Part shown: piece by piece, positions 36,996 to 46,369 of the stretch | How positions within the stretch are numbered: the first letter of the stretch is position 1 | Layout: every line of letters begins with the position of its first letter | Source: Candidatus Melainabacteria bacterium 17Bon1m | Lineage (GTDB): Bacteria > Cyanobacteriota > Vampirovibrionia > Obscuribacterales > Obscuribacteraceae | Assembly (NCBI GenBank): GCA_032128875.1 | Contig: JAVLKG010000002.1 | Coordinates: forward strand, 224,001-288,000 | Length of the DNA: 64,000 nucleotides | Direction of reading: 5' to 3' | Notes under the pieces: generated by a model | The model's input: only the letters and a program-made list of their open reading frames with translations | What the model was told of the DNA's origin: nothing | Databases searched by the model: none | Program-made: the position numbers and the translations under genes

Positions 36996-37625
36996 CTATG
37001 TCAATTGATGCGATCCCAAAAGCTTGAGGCTGAAGCGAACCAGCTCCTCGACATCATCGATAGCAGCTTCTTCTCTTGCTTTCTTTAGCGTCATGTTGAT
37101 TTCGGTAGGCGTGTAACCAAGTCCTTCCAGGATAGCTTCCACTTCTTCCTCGACTCGCGAAGCCGCCTTGTCCTCGCTGCTGGCGCCGATTCCCTTGCGA
37201 CTTACCCATTCGTCAATCTTGGTTTTCAATTCCAAAATAATGCGTTGAGCTACTTTGGCGCCTACTCCTGGCGCTTGGCTGATGAGCTTTTGATTTTCCG
37301 AAAGTACCGCGTCAACGAGCTGCTGAACACCAAGAGTGCCAACGACAGCCAGTGCAAGCTTCGGTCCGATGCCTGAAACAGTCTGGAGAATTGCAAATAG
37401 TTCGCGCTCATCCTGGCTGCCGAAGCCAAATAGCGTCCATTCGGTCTCACGAATAATTAGTGAGACGGGCATCATCGTCTTCTCTCCGACGGCGCCTTGC
37501 GTGAGCAACGTGCGCTTGGAGACAATTACTTCAAAACCAATACCGCCGACATCCAGAACCATTCGGTCTGCTTGTCCGCTCGTCAGTTCTTTTTCTCGAA
37601 TTTCGCCCTTAAGATAGGCAAGCAT
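36996..37625 (-). CDS. ruvA: Holliday junction branch migration protein RuvA
   Basis: MLAYLKG, LFGF, VSGIGPKLAL, PGVGAKVAQRIILELK, LEGLGY. Confidence 0.95.
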   Translation of the reverse strand: MLAYLKGEIREKELTSGQADRMVLDVGGIGFEVIVSKRTLLTQGAVGEKTMMPVSLIIRETEWTLFGFGSQDERELFAILQTVSGIGPKLALAVVGTLGVQQLVDAVLSENQKLISQAPGVGAKVAQRIILELKTKIDEWVSRKGIGASSEDKAASRVEEEVEAILEGLGYTPTEINMTLKKAREEAAIDDVEELVRFSLKLLGSHQLT

Positions 37626-37670
37626 GCGACTTGTTTTGCCTTTATTCGAATCTTTAGGGTAAGAAGGAAA

Positions 37671-37744
37671 TCGGGGCGAGAGGATTTGAACCTCCGGCCT
37701 TCCGCACCCGAAACGGACACGCTACCAAGCTGCGCTACGCCCCG
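37671..37744 (-). tRNA. tRNA-Pro(CGG), CCA not encoded
   Basis: CGGGGCGTAGCGCAGCTTGGTAGCG...TCCGT-TTCGGGT-GCGGA...GGTTCAAATCC...CGCCCCGA cloverleaf. Confidence 0.95.
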
Positions 37745-37755
37745 ATATGGGTTTG

Positions 37756-37764
37756 ATTCTAGCA
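37756..37764 (-). promoter_or_regulatory. Extended -10 promoter for tRNA-Pro (and possibly ruvA)
   Basis: TG-C-TAGAAT 11 nt upstream of the tRNA 5' end. Confidence 0.5.
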
Positions 37765-37865
37765 CACCATAAATATGAGACCCTCAGGTCAAGACGTCAT
37801 CTTAACGAGATTTACGAAGCGCTCTAATGTTCCAAAATGCCCACAGGGACAGCTTGGCAGAGAAT

Positions 37866-38780
37866 TTATTGAGCCATTAATGTAACGTTGCCGCCGCCAT
37901 TGTGCCCTTGTTGAAGAGCGGCACGCGCGTGAGCCATAAGGACCTTGCCATCCTCATCCATCTTTTCGCCCCATTGGCAAATGCCAACGCTAACGGTGAT
38001 GTTCAATTCCATGCTATTGGCATCGAAGGCTGTATCTTGGATCTTCGTGCGCAGGCGTTCTGCAACTTCGATGGCGCCTGTGGAATTTGTGCAAGTAAGA
38101 ACGATGGTGAATTCGAACTCGGCGGTGCGCACAACGATGTCCGAATCTCGCATTTGCTGATCGATCATCTTTGCCAATTTATTGATTACGTTGTCGCACT
38201 CTTCCTTGCTGACCGCGCGACTCAATTCTTTGTGCTTGTCGACTTCAACAACGACAATGCTGAGTGGCACTTTGTATCGCTTTGCCTGGCGAATGCCGGT
38301 CTTCAAAAACTCATTAAGGTAGCGAGCAGTTTTCAGCTCCGTGAGCGGATCCGTAAGAGACAGCTCTCTCAGTTGCTGCTCTTTGGCTCGGAGCTCGTCG
38401 CGCAATGCTTTCTCGCGCAAAACTGACTTAACTCGGCTCAGTAATTCTTGCGGCTCGAACGGTTTGAAAAGCACGTCTTCCATATCGGTCGGCGTTTTCA
38501 AATCTTGCAGAGTCTGATCTCTTGAACCAAGGAAGATTATCGGAATGTTTGCAGTGCGCTCGTCGGCGCGCAGCCGGTTGAAAACTTCGACGCCGCCGAT
38601 GAGCGGCATGTGCAAGTCGAGCACGATGATATCGGGCAATCTGACTTTGCAAGCGGCTATCGCTTTGAAACCGTCATTTGCTGAAGCCACCTGATAGCCG
38701 GCTTTTTTCAACAAATCAGTCAGAGCAATGGTATGGGCTTGCTCGTCGTCCACTACCAGTATGTTTGGGCTTTCCTTCAC
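37866..38780 (-). CDS. Response regulator receiver plus degenerate GGDEF domain
   Basis: ILVVDD...LDLHMP...KPF receiver; TDPLT, RDSD I-site, AEFEF in place of GG(D/E)EF. Confidence 0.85.
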   Translation of the reverse strand: MKESPNILVVDDEQAHTIALTDLLKKAGYQVASANDGFKAIAACKVRLPDIIVLDLHMPLIGGVEVFNRLRADERTANIPIIFLGSRDQTLQDLKTPTDMEDVLFKPFEPQELLSRVKSVLREKALRDELRAKEQQLRELSLTDPLTELKTARYLNEFLKTGIRQAKRYKVPLSIVVVEVDKHKELSRAVSKEECDNVINKLAKMIDQQMRDSDIVVRTAEFEFTIVLTCTNSTGAIEVAERLRTKIQDTAFDANSMELNITVSVGICQWGEKMDEDGKVLMAHARAALQQGHNGGGNVTLMAQ

Positions 38781-38953
38781 GATATCTCTTTTTCTAACAA
38801 CACCTAACCCTGATGATACCCGCTATCAAGGCATTTTTCACATCTGATTATCTGCCGTTTCTCCTTGCGCTCATTCACTTTTCAAGTCGAAAGCCCTGGT
38901 CCTGAATTCAATGGTGTTTGAATTTTGACTGGCTTTTCGGTTTTGCGGTCAAT

Positions 38954-39319
38954 CTAAGGTGACTGATGCGACGTCGTGAAAGCAATTGTCGGCATTGGCA
39001 TTGCTTTTATGTCTTCACTTTCAACAAGATGCAGAGACTGTCTGATTATCTCCAGGTAGGGCAAAACATTGATCGCCAGCGTGTTCTGCTCGACACTTTC
39101 GGCACGCGCGACCGCTCGAGTCAACAATTTCTTTGCACCGACTTTGTTGCCCCTTCCAAAATGGTAGTACGCGACTGCAGCTTGAATAATCGATTGGACA
39201 AGCTCTTTCTCATCACCAGAAAGCGTATTCCAGTAGACTTCAAGCGTTTCATGAGCGTCGAAAAATTCGCGCGCGTTGAATTCTTCTATTCCTTTTACTA
39301 AAAGTGGATGGTGATTCAT
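38954..39319 (-). CDS. DUF309-family protein
   Basis: FN..EFFDAHETLE.YW...IQAAVAYYH...GN..GA. Confidence 0.85.
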   Translation of the reverse strand: MNHHPLLVKGIEEFNAREFFDAHETLEVYWNTLSGDEKELVQSIIQAAVAYYHFGRGNKVGAKKLLTRAVARAESVEQNTLAINVLPYLEIIRQSLHLVESEDIKAMPMPTIAFTTSHQSP

Positions 39320-39346
39320 TCGAATATTATTTGAATCGCTTGTGAC

Positions 39347-41542
39347 TCACCTGTCGATACTCGCGATCGCCACTACTTTGGCGTCTGCAGGCAGCTTTTC
39401 GACTTCGGGCGCAGACAGCGTCGTGACCTGAGAAGCATCCATTAATCCGGAAAGATCCACGAGCTTGGGACCAGCCAGCAAGAAAATTGACGGAATCACT
39501 TTGCCGGCATCGCCCCATTGAGAATGCGCTTCGACGAGTTGGTTTATCGCACGGCCAGACTCTGAAGGACTGCTAACGAGACAATCACCATCTCTAATTT
39601 GCAAGCGAATATTGCCGGAGCGATCAACGACTCGAATTGGATTGATTTCGCTTTGGAGCAATCCGAAAAACTTTTTCGCAGTAGCTTTGCCGCTGTATAC
39701 CGAGAAGTGGTCTGTCCCGGCTTTCATCGTAACTGTAGAGACCTGCGCGTGCATCGATTCTGCCGCTAACTGCAATTTCTCGTCGTCAGTCAAATCTTGC
39801 TTTAGTTTGTCTGTGTCAGTCACGCTCGTTGCACCAACTGCGGTGGCGCGAATAATATTTGCGCGTGAGTCGATTTCAACATGTATTTCAATTGATGCCG
39901 GGTCTGCACCCATTTTAAGAACAGCAGTCTGAGCCTCATCGCGCAGTCTCAAAATATCGTCGTTGGTTGGATTTACTACTTGCCGCTCGACTGTTTCTCT
40001 AATCAGCGCCAATGCGACACCTATAGCTGAAACAACATCAGAGTGTTGCGACAACTTGTGGGGAAGGTTCATCTTCTTTGCGAGAAACGGCACAATAGCA
40101 GCTGCTCCGCCGCCTCCACCAACTAGAGTGACCATAGATTGATCGAGTTTATTGTCTTTCATCAGCGCTTGCACAACGGCTTCGTTTTTTGCCGCTGCAA
40201 GCGTGAGCATATCGGTGGCAATCTTCTTAGAATCAGTTGAAAGCTCTTTGCCGAGGCTCTCGAATGCGGCAGAGATTGCTTTATTGTTGCCTTTTGCGCA
40301 GTCGTCGTCGGGGACCAAACCTAGATAATTGGAAGCGCATGTTGGTGTTAGCGTATAGCGAGCTTGAGTTTCATCGCTTCCTTCCGATTCTGAAAGTTCC
40401 AAATAATCTTTTGGATCTCCTTCGAATGGCTGAATCAACTTTGATTTTAGACTCATCGGTTTGTCCGCAAATGCTACGTATTTCAATCCGGCGATGTGCG
40501 CACTGCGTGGACCGATGTCGATAACTTCTCCAGGGTTTCCACTTTTAATTCTCGGCATCGAACCGCCAGCAACACCGACCGTTCTCACGTCGAGCGTGTT
40601 GGTGTAAATGCGGTGACCGCCGATCTCACCTGGTTTGATGCGTGCCTTTCCGTTGACTATCGCAGATATGTCTGTGCTGGTTCCACCCACTTCAAGGAAT
40701 ATGCCGTCCGAAATGTGCAAATACATCATGGCTGCTGCAACGCCTGCAGCCGGACCGGACAACATTGTCAGAATAGGTCTTTCGCGCATTGCCGAGATAT
40801 CCATGACGCCGCCGTCCGAGCGCATGATCATAAGCGGGGCTTTTATTCCCGCGCCGCGAACACTGCTTTCCGTCATATTGGCACTTTCGAGCATGCGTGG
40901 AAGCATCGATGCGTTGATGACGGCTGTCCGTGTCCGTACTTTCAAGCCATACAACTGGCTTACTTCTGATCCGCAAGTGGCAAGGATTCCCTTGCTCCTG
41001 GCGAGTTCTACCACCTTTTGTTCGTTGTCTCCATTGTCTACTGCAAATGCTTCGCTAGCCGCAATTGCACCTGCGCCCTGTTTAACCAAATCGTCCAAAA
41101 CAGCCATGACAGCCTCATCTTTCAATGGCTGCGATGTGTCTATAAATCGATGATGTGTCTTTAAAAACTTGCCGGGTGCCAATTCTATTTTTCCGACTTG
41201 GGTCGAAAGATTTGCCATGAAAGCATTAACGCCGCTGCCCATGCCAACGATACCGACAGTCGCTACGTCGCCTTCCAGCAGCGCGTTAGTGGCTTGCGTT
41301 GTCGAATGAGCGATGAAAGTAACTCGCTCTGGTTCAATCTTCGCTTTGTCTAAAAGCAATTGCAGTGCATCGATGATGCCTTTCGCTACACCTTCTTTGG
41401 CTGTGTGGGTCGTGTGCACTTTGACTTTCTCGATCATCTCGAGCGTTTCTGCATCAAGAACAACCGCATGAGTGAATGTGCCGCCTACATCGATGCCGAC
41501 GCGGACTTTTGAGTGGGATTTTCGCTCAGGCTTTTGTGTCAT
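39347..41542 (-). CDS. Hydantoinase A / 5-oxoprolinase family (actin-like ATPase) protein
   Basis: GIDVGGTFT, HSTTQATNALLEG, MRSDGG, SGPAAG, EVGGTSTD. Confidence 0.88.
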   Translation of the reverse strand: MTQKPERKSHSKVRVGIDVGGTFTHAVVLDAETLEMIEKVKVHTTHTAKEGVAKGIIDALQLLLDKAKIEPERVTFIAHSTTQATNALLEGDVATVGIVGMGSGVNAFMANLSTQVGKIELAPGKFLKTHHRFIDTSQPLKDEAVMAVLDDLVKQGAGAIAASEAFAVDNGDNEQKVVELARSKGILATCGSEVSQLYGLKVRTRTAVINASMLPRMLESANMTESSVRGAGIKAPLMIMRSDGGVMDISAMRERPILTMLSGPAAGVAAAMMYLHISDGIFLEVGGTSTDISAIVNGKARIKPGEIGGHRIYTNTLDVRTVGVAGGSMPRIKSGNPGEVIDIGPRSAHIAGLKYVAFADKPMSLKSKLIQPFEGDPKDYLELSESEGSDETQARYTLTPTCASNYLGLVPDDDCAKGNNKAISAAFESLGKELSTDSKKIATDMLTLAAAKNEAVVQALMKDNKLDQSMVTLVGGGGGAAAIVPFLAKKMNLPHKLSQHSDVVSAIGVALALIRETVERQVVNPTNDDILRLRDEAQTAVLKMGADPASIEIHVEIDSRANIIRATAVGATSVTDTDKLKQDLTDDEKLQLAAESMHAQVSTVTMKAGTDHFSVYSGKATAKKFFGLLQSEINPIRVVDRSGNIRLQIRDGDCLVSSPSESGRAINQLVEAHSQWGDAGKVIPSIFLLAGPKLVDLSGLMDASQVTTLSAPEVEKLPADAKVVAIASIDR

Positions 41543-41552
41543 GATTCGCCGC

Positions 41553-42983
41553 CTAACTCATTGGGACAAACTTGAATGCGACAGCCAGGCAAAGCCCGGC
41601 TATCGTCGCCAGCCAGGCGTACGGTGCTGTTTTTCTCAAAAGTGTCTGTGTATCTGTGCCAAGATAAGTCGCAATCCAGATGTTGTGCGTGTTGGTTGGA
41701 TCGCAAATTCCCTGAATTTGCCCGACGGACATGAGCATTCCCATAATCGCGCTTGATGCAAGGCTAGTCGATTTCTGAATCAAAGCGACCAAGCCGCTGC
41801 CCATTCCCCACAGACTGAGTGGCCCGCGATAGAGCGCGAGTGGGGCGGCAAGTGTGAATATCACTACGTAAGGTATCGCTGTGGTTGGTACAACCTGCTT
41901 TACGATTGGTTCTATCGCGCTTGCGATATTCGGGTGGCGCACCGCAGTGATTAGCATGCCGATGCCGACCATCAGCACTACTGCAGGTATTACCGAGCTG
42001 ATTCCATCGATGATAGAGCGAGTTAGCACGGTGATTGAATCGCGCTTCCAGGTAGTTAGTACACCGTATGTGATACCGGCGAGAAACGCTGGTATGAAAT
42101 CCCAGTGGCAGACAAGAACAAGTATAAGTGGAGTAATCGGGGTAAACAATGCGAGACCGGAAATGCCTTCTTCTTCTTTTCGAACGTGCCTTACCACGGC
42201 CAGAATAATCAAACCGACAAATATTGCCGATACGATTGATGAGGCTACGGGATCCGCCGCCGTTACGGCTTTAGCTGCTGTCGGTGTGTCCGCTCTTTGC
42301 GACAGAATTGGAAAAGCGAAAAACTCGACTATCAGCGCAAGCGCGAGGTATTTCAGGTTGCGCCAATTTCTCAGCTCGACCACGAGGAAGGTCACCACAA
42401 TCAATGCGATGATTGCTGCGAACGGCACAACAAAGCTGATGATCGAGCTTGGATCCAGATGAAGGACATCCATGTAGAGAGCCCATCCGGCGATATTGAA
42501 CATCCCTCCTAAGCTGATGCCGAAAAGAAAGAGAGCGCCGGCAGTTACACTGGAAATGCTCAGTGAGAGCAATGCTGGAAGCACGATTGTGCCGACCATG
42601 ATGACTGCACCCAGTCCACCGAGGGTCGAAAAGAGAAGGGCGGTAACAAGTGTCATCACTAGCCCAAGAACGAATTGATTGTCCCCCGAGAATTCAGCCA
42701 CCCAGCGAATCAGTGATTTTGCGATACCTTGCTTGTTCATCAAGTCGGCAAGCACAGCACCGAACATTGTCGTTGTGTATGCAGCGTGCATCTTTATGGC
42801 GCCCTGGTTGATAACGTCGGAGAGAATCTCCTTCTCCGGGATACCAGAGAGTATTGCCATCAGGATTGCCATCACCGGTAAAGCCAAAAGCGCAGATATG
42901 CGACGGCTATACATCAGCATCGCCATCACCGCAAAAACGGCAAGACAGGCGATTCCAACTAACGCGTGATTTGATTCCGGCAC
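41553..42983 (-). CDS. Ion-transporter-superfamily permease (CitMHS/GntP-like)
   Basis: About 12 TM segments, DPTNTHN motif; directly upstream of the hydantoinase-like gene. Confidence 0.75.
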   Translation of the reverse strand: MPESNHALVGIACLAVFAVMAMLMYSRRISALLALPVMAILMAILSGIPEKEILSDVINQGAIKMHAAYTTTMFGAVLADLMNKQGIAKSLIRWVAEFSGDNQFVLGLVMTLVTALLFSTLGGLGAVIMVGTIVLPALLSLSISSVTAGALFLFGISLGGMFNIAGWALYMDVLHLDPSSIISFVVPFAAIIALIVVTFLVVELRNWRNLKYLALALIVEFFAFPILSQRADTPTAAKAVTAADPVASSIVSAIFVGLIILAVVRHVRKEEEGISGLALFTPITPLILVLVCHWDFIPAFLAGITYGVLTTWKRDSITVLTRSIIDGISSVIPAVVLMVGIGMLITAVRHPNIASAIEPIVKQVVPTTAIPYVVIFTLAAPLALYRGPLSLWGMGSGLVALIQKSTSLASSAIMGMLMSVGQIQGICDPTNTHNIWIATYLGTDTQTLLRKTAPYAWLATIAGLCLAVAFKFVPMS

Positions 42984-43045
42984 AGAAAAATTCGATTACT
43001 ACATGCGTAATGATCTTCTGTTTAAAACATCTCTGTCAAGTAGAT

Positions 43046-45841
43046 CTACTTGCTTGGAAATGCGTCAAGCATTTTTTCTTCTTGCTTACTCTCTTTCATC
43101 AGCGCGTTGTAGCCGTTTAGGAGCTTCTTCTTTAGAGAGTCAGGCGCAGTAGGTTGTGAAGCTAAAGTTTCAAATGCTTTCTGATAAAGACCTTCTGCGT
43201 TTGCATAGTCCGAACTGTGATGTTTGAGCACTGCCAGATTGCGAATCAGTTCAACCTTCTCCAGCTGGTCGAAATCCGCCAACTGGTCGCTGTATTCGAT
43301 TACTGTCGGAAGTAAGTCTTCGAGATCGCTTCTCTTCTGAGCTACAAGGTATATGTCGCATAGGTCTAGGTACGACTTGAGGATGTCGCGCTTGTCGTAA
43401 GGGCGGCTGCGGGTCAAGATAGCGATGGAGCGCTTTAGCTTTGCCTCCCCGTTGTTAGCCAGCTTTTTTAACTCTTCTGCTGCAGTTGGTGAGAAGCCTG
43501 AGTCCTTAAGCCTCTTCTCGAACGAGACAATGGCAAGGATGTCGATCAGGTCATTTTCTGCCGATAAACGCAAGGACTGTGCGATCGCCCAATACTGGCT
43601 CGGTAGCTGATTTCGCAGTATGGGAAGCAACGAATTGATTTTCTTGCTGCTTTCCTTTTGACGCTGACTCATCAAATCAAGTGTTGCCGCCGTGAGCAAT
43701 TTGAGAGTCTCTGGCCCGGAGGCAGCCGCTTCGTGTGTCGATTGCTGGATCGCTTTGAGGGCGTCTTCTCTTCTATTCATCTGCCAGTAAAAACAACCCA
43801 AAGCATATTTGAGCAGGGCTCTGTCACGTGTGAGCACGTCCGACTCTTCGCTCATTGCATTGCTCGTAGCTGCCAGCAGATTTGCAGCCTCTCTGGACTT
43901 TCCGATGCCGGCAAGATACTGAGCTTGCTTTACCAGCAGCTCAGCGAAGTCAGGAACCTTACTGATCATCAGCATCTTGATGTGGTTGTTCGCTTGCTCG
44001 AAAAGCTTCAGCGCCTCCCCTTCGGTTGGGGCTGAGAGTGCCAGGTCGGTGGAGGTTGCGGCAATTTTCATCGCCGCCAGCTTTTGATCATCGCTCAGGT
44101 GAATGGAACTTTTTGCTTCAGGACTCTCTGCTGCACTGAACTTCTGAAGCTCTGCAAGCATCTCTTCGCGTGTGGGAGTAGGTTGCAATTTTTGCAGCTG
44201 CTCTTTGTATTGGGCGCTTGCATCCTTGAAATTTACGCCGTCAGAAATTCTGCCGTGATTGAAATTCATAATCACGAAAGAAAGGTCGATCAGATGTTCG
44301 AGCGTGGTGCTCATGATTAAATTGCTGTTGTCATCTTTGATATCATTAGCGCTTCGCAAGGCTTTTCGGAAGTAATCATGGGCTGAAAAGTAATTACCGC
44401 GGTCGAAGTATGTTTCTCCCGTGTGCATGTCATCTTGCCAGCAGGCAAGCTCTTTTGACGTCTGAGACATTACGGAGATAGAGATGGGTCTGTCGTTGTC
44501 TCGCTTTTTGATACCGCTGTAGACGTCGTAAATTTCTTTTGCTGTGAATGCAACGACAAGAAGCAAAGCTGCTCCAGCCAGTATTTTTCGCTTGCTGAGA
44601 GGCATCTTGCCGTCGGATTTTTTTTCTTGTATCGTGTCGGCGAGTTTTTTCGCAGTGCTGGCGACAGGTCTCACGCCGGATTGCGCTGCTTTCATGTCAT
44701 CAGCGGCCTTTTTCACTTCGGCGGCCTTTCGTGCGCTTGCAGCATTCTTCGACTCTTGCGCTGCCGCGGCTGCAGCTGCTCGTCCGCCCGCGATCAGAGC
44801 TTTTTCCGCATCGTCCCGTGCTTTTGATTCTCGATGTGCGATCTTGAGTTTTTCAAAAATTGGCTCAAGGTCTTCAGAAACATCGCCCATTGTCTGATAT
44901 CGATCTTTGCGCGCCTTTTCCAATAATTTCGATAAGACCAAATCAAGTTCTTTTGCGCTGCTCAAATCGGGGCGGACTTGCGCTAAAGGCTTGTGTGAGT
45001 CGTTGAAGTGCATGCCTACAGTGTCTGCAAAATCGACCCCGATAAATGGGGCTTTGCCGGTCAAAAGTTCGTAGAACATACATCCGAGAGAGTACATGTC
45101 CGAGCGCTCATCCAGCCGTTCTCCCCGGCACTGCTCGGGGCTCATGTAGAGCGGGCTGCCAAAGACTTCGCCTGTTTCGGTCAAACGCTGGCCATCTAAT
45201 TCTTCTACTTTTGCGATCCCGAAATCGATGATTTTTACAACTTCTGCGCCGGTGTCCGGATCTTCGACGATCATAACGTTGCTGGGTTTGAGATCGCGGT
45301 GGACCACTCCTTTGTTGTGGGCGTGCCGAAGCGCTTCTATGCACTGCTTGATGATTGAGACTGCTCTGAAGGCGGGCAACGCTTTTTTCGGCGCCATTAC
45401 GTCAGACAAGGAAACGCCTTGCAGGAAGTCCATGACGAGATATGGTTCGGCGCTATCTGCGTCACCAAATTCATAAACCTTGATCAAATTCGGGTGGTCG
45501 AGCTTGCTGAGCGCGATTCCTTCTTGGACAAAACGCGCCCGAGCCTTTTTGTCCAGCTTTCGCTTGTATGCTAAAACCTTGACCGCCACATGTCTCTTCA
45601 GGTTGCGGTCATAAGCTTTATAAACCGCGCTCATGCCTCCTTTGCCGACCATCTCAAGGATTTGATAGTTCTTCCCGAACATCATTCCGGGATTCAAATC
45701 GCGCGAAGGATTAGTCGCGCCGAGCATAGGCACCATCACTGTCGACTTTGAATCATCTTGACTATCGGTGGTCGTGTCAAAGTCGGCGCCAGCTTTAGGC
45801 TTTTCGCCGTCACGAATCTGTTTTTCAGGGATGTCTGGCAC
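43046..45841 (-). CDS. Canonical Hanks-type Ser/Thr kinase with TM helix and TPR-like C-terminal region
   Basis: GKGGMSAVY, VAVK, HRDLKPSN, DFG, GSPLYMSPEQ. Confidence 0.93.
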   Translation of the reverse strand: MPDIPEKQIRDGEKPKAGADFDTTTDSQDDSKSTVMVPMLGATNPSRDLNPGMMFGKNYQILEMVGKGGMSAVYKAYDRNLKRHVAVKVLAYKRKLDKKARARFVQEGIALSKLDHPNLIKVYEFGDADSAEPYLVMDFLQGVSLSDVMAPKKALPAFRAVSIIKQCIEALRHAHNKGVVHRDLKPSNVMIVEDPDTGAEVVKIIDFGIAKVEELDGQRLTETGEVFGSPLYMSPEQCRGERLDERSDMYSLGCMFYELLTGKAPFIGVDFADTVGMHFNDSHKPLAQVRPDLSSAKELDLVLSKLLEKARKDRYQTMGDVSEDLEPIFEKLKIAHRESKARDDAEKALIAGGRAAAAAAAQESKNAASARKAAEVKKAADDMKAAQSGVRPVASTAKKLADTIQEKKSDGKMPLSKRKILAGAALLLVVAFTAKEIYDVYSGIKKRDNDRPISISVMSQTSKELACWQDDMHTGETYFDRGNYFSAHDYFRKALRSANDIKDDNSNLIMSTTLEHLIDLSFVIMNFNHGRISDGVNFKDASAQYKEQLQKLQPTPTREEMLAELQKFSAAESPEAKSSIHLSDDQKLAAMKIAATSTDLALSAPTEGEALKLFEQANNHIKMLMISKVPDFAELLVKQAQYLAGIGKSREAANLLAATSNAMSEESDVLTRDRALLKYALGCFYWQMNRREDALKAIQQSTHEAAASGPETLKLLTAATLDLMSQRQKESSKKINSLLPILRNQLPSQYWAIAQSLRLSAENDLIDILAIVSFEKRLKDSGFSPTAAEELKKLANNGEAKLKRSIAILTRSRPYDKRDILKSYLDLCDIYLVAQKRSDLEDLLPTVIEYSDQLADFDQLEKVELIRNLAVLKHHSSDYANAEGLYQKAFETLASQPTAPDSLKKKLLNGYNALMKESKQEEKMLDAFPSK

Positions 45842-46003
45842 CGAACTTAGTAATCTCCCTCAGATACGCTGCACGTACCTGTACCCCTTCAATGTTCTAC
45901 CCTAAAACAGTCGATTTGAGTGTTTTTTGTGCTAATCATATGAAAGGCCATGATTTGGTAACTAAAATAAAAAGACCCATCAACCTGATGTTTCTGATTT
46001 GAA

Positions 46004-46369
46004 ATGAGCATCGCCACATTCTTCGTTTTTCACTTCGTGCAGATCGTTCTGGTCGAATCGATCGTCATGTGGCGTCTCAAATGGGGTACTTACCGGCATT
46101 CGCTGGTCGATGCGCTGATGATGAATTTTGCCTCTATTCTTGGGCTACTTCTGGGACTGGCGCCCTTGATCCGAGGAGCTGGTCCATTCGGTCTCATGCT
46201 CTTTTGCACGTACAGTTTGATGGTTGAAACAGTAACTCTGATGCTGCTCGAGCGGCACCCCTGGAGAAAAGTGGTAAGCACGGTTTTGATTGCGAATCTG
46301 TGCAGTTGTGTTCTTCTGGCTGGTGAGAGTTTCATGAACTGGGCTGACTTCTCGGGACTTTTTCGATGA
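46004..46369 (+). CDS. Small 4-TM membrane protein
   Basis: Four hydrophobic helices; ATGA-coupled to the next gene. Confidence 0.7.
   Translation: MSIATFFVFHFVQIVLVESIVMWRLKWGTYRHSLVDALMMNFASILGLLLGLAPLIRGAGPFGLMLFCTYSLMVETVTLMLLERHPWRKVVSTVLIANLCSCVLLAGESFMNWADFSGLFR

Noticed and set aside
37626-37744. tRNA-Pro as an integration site
   Set aside because: No integrase and no duplicated tRNA 3' end noticed; ruvA follows directly.
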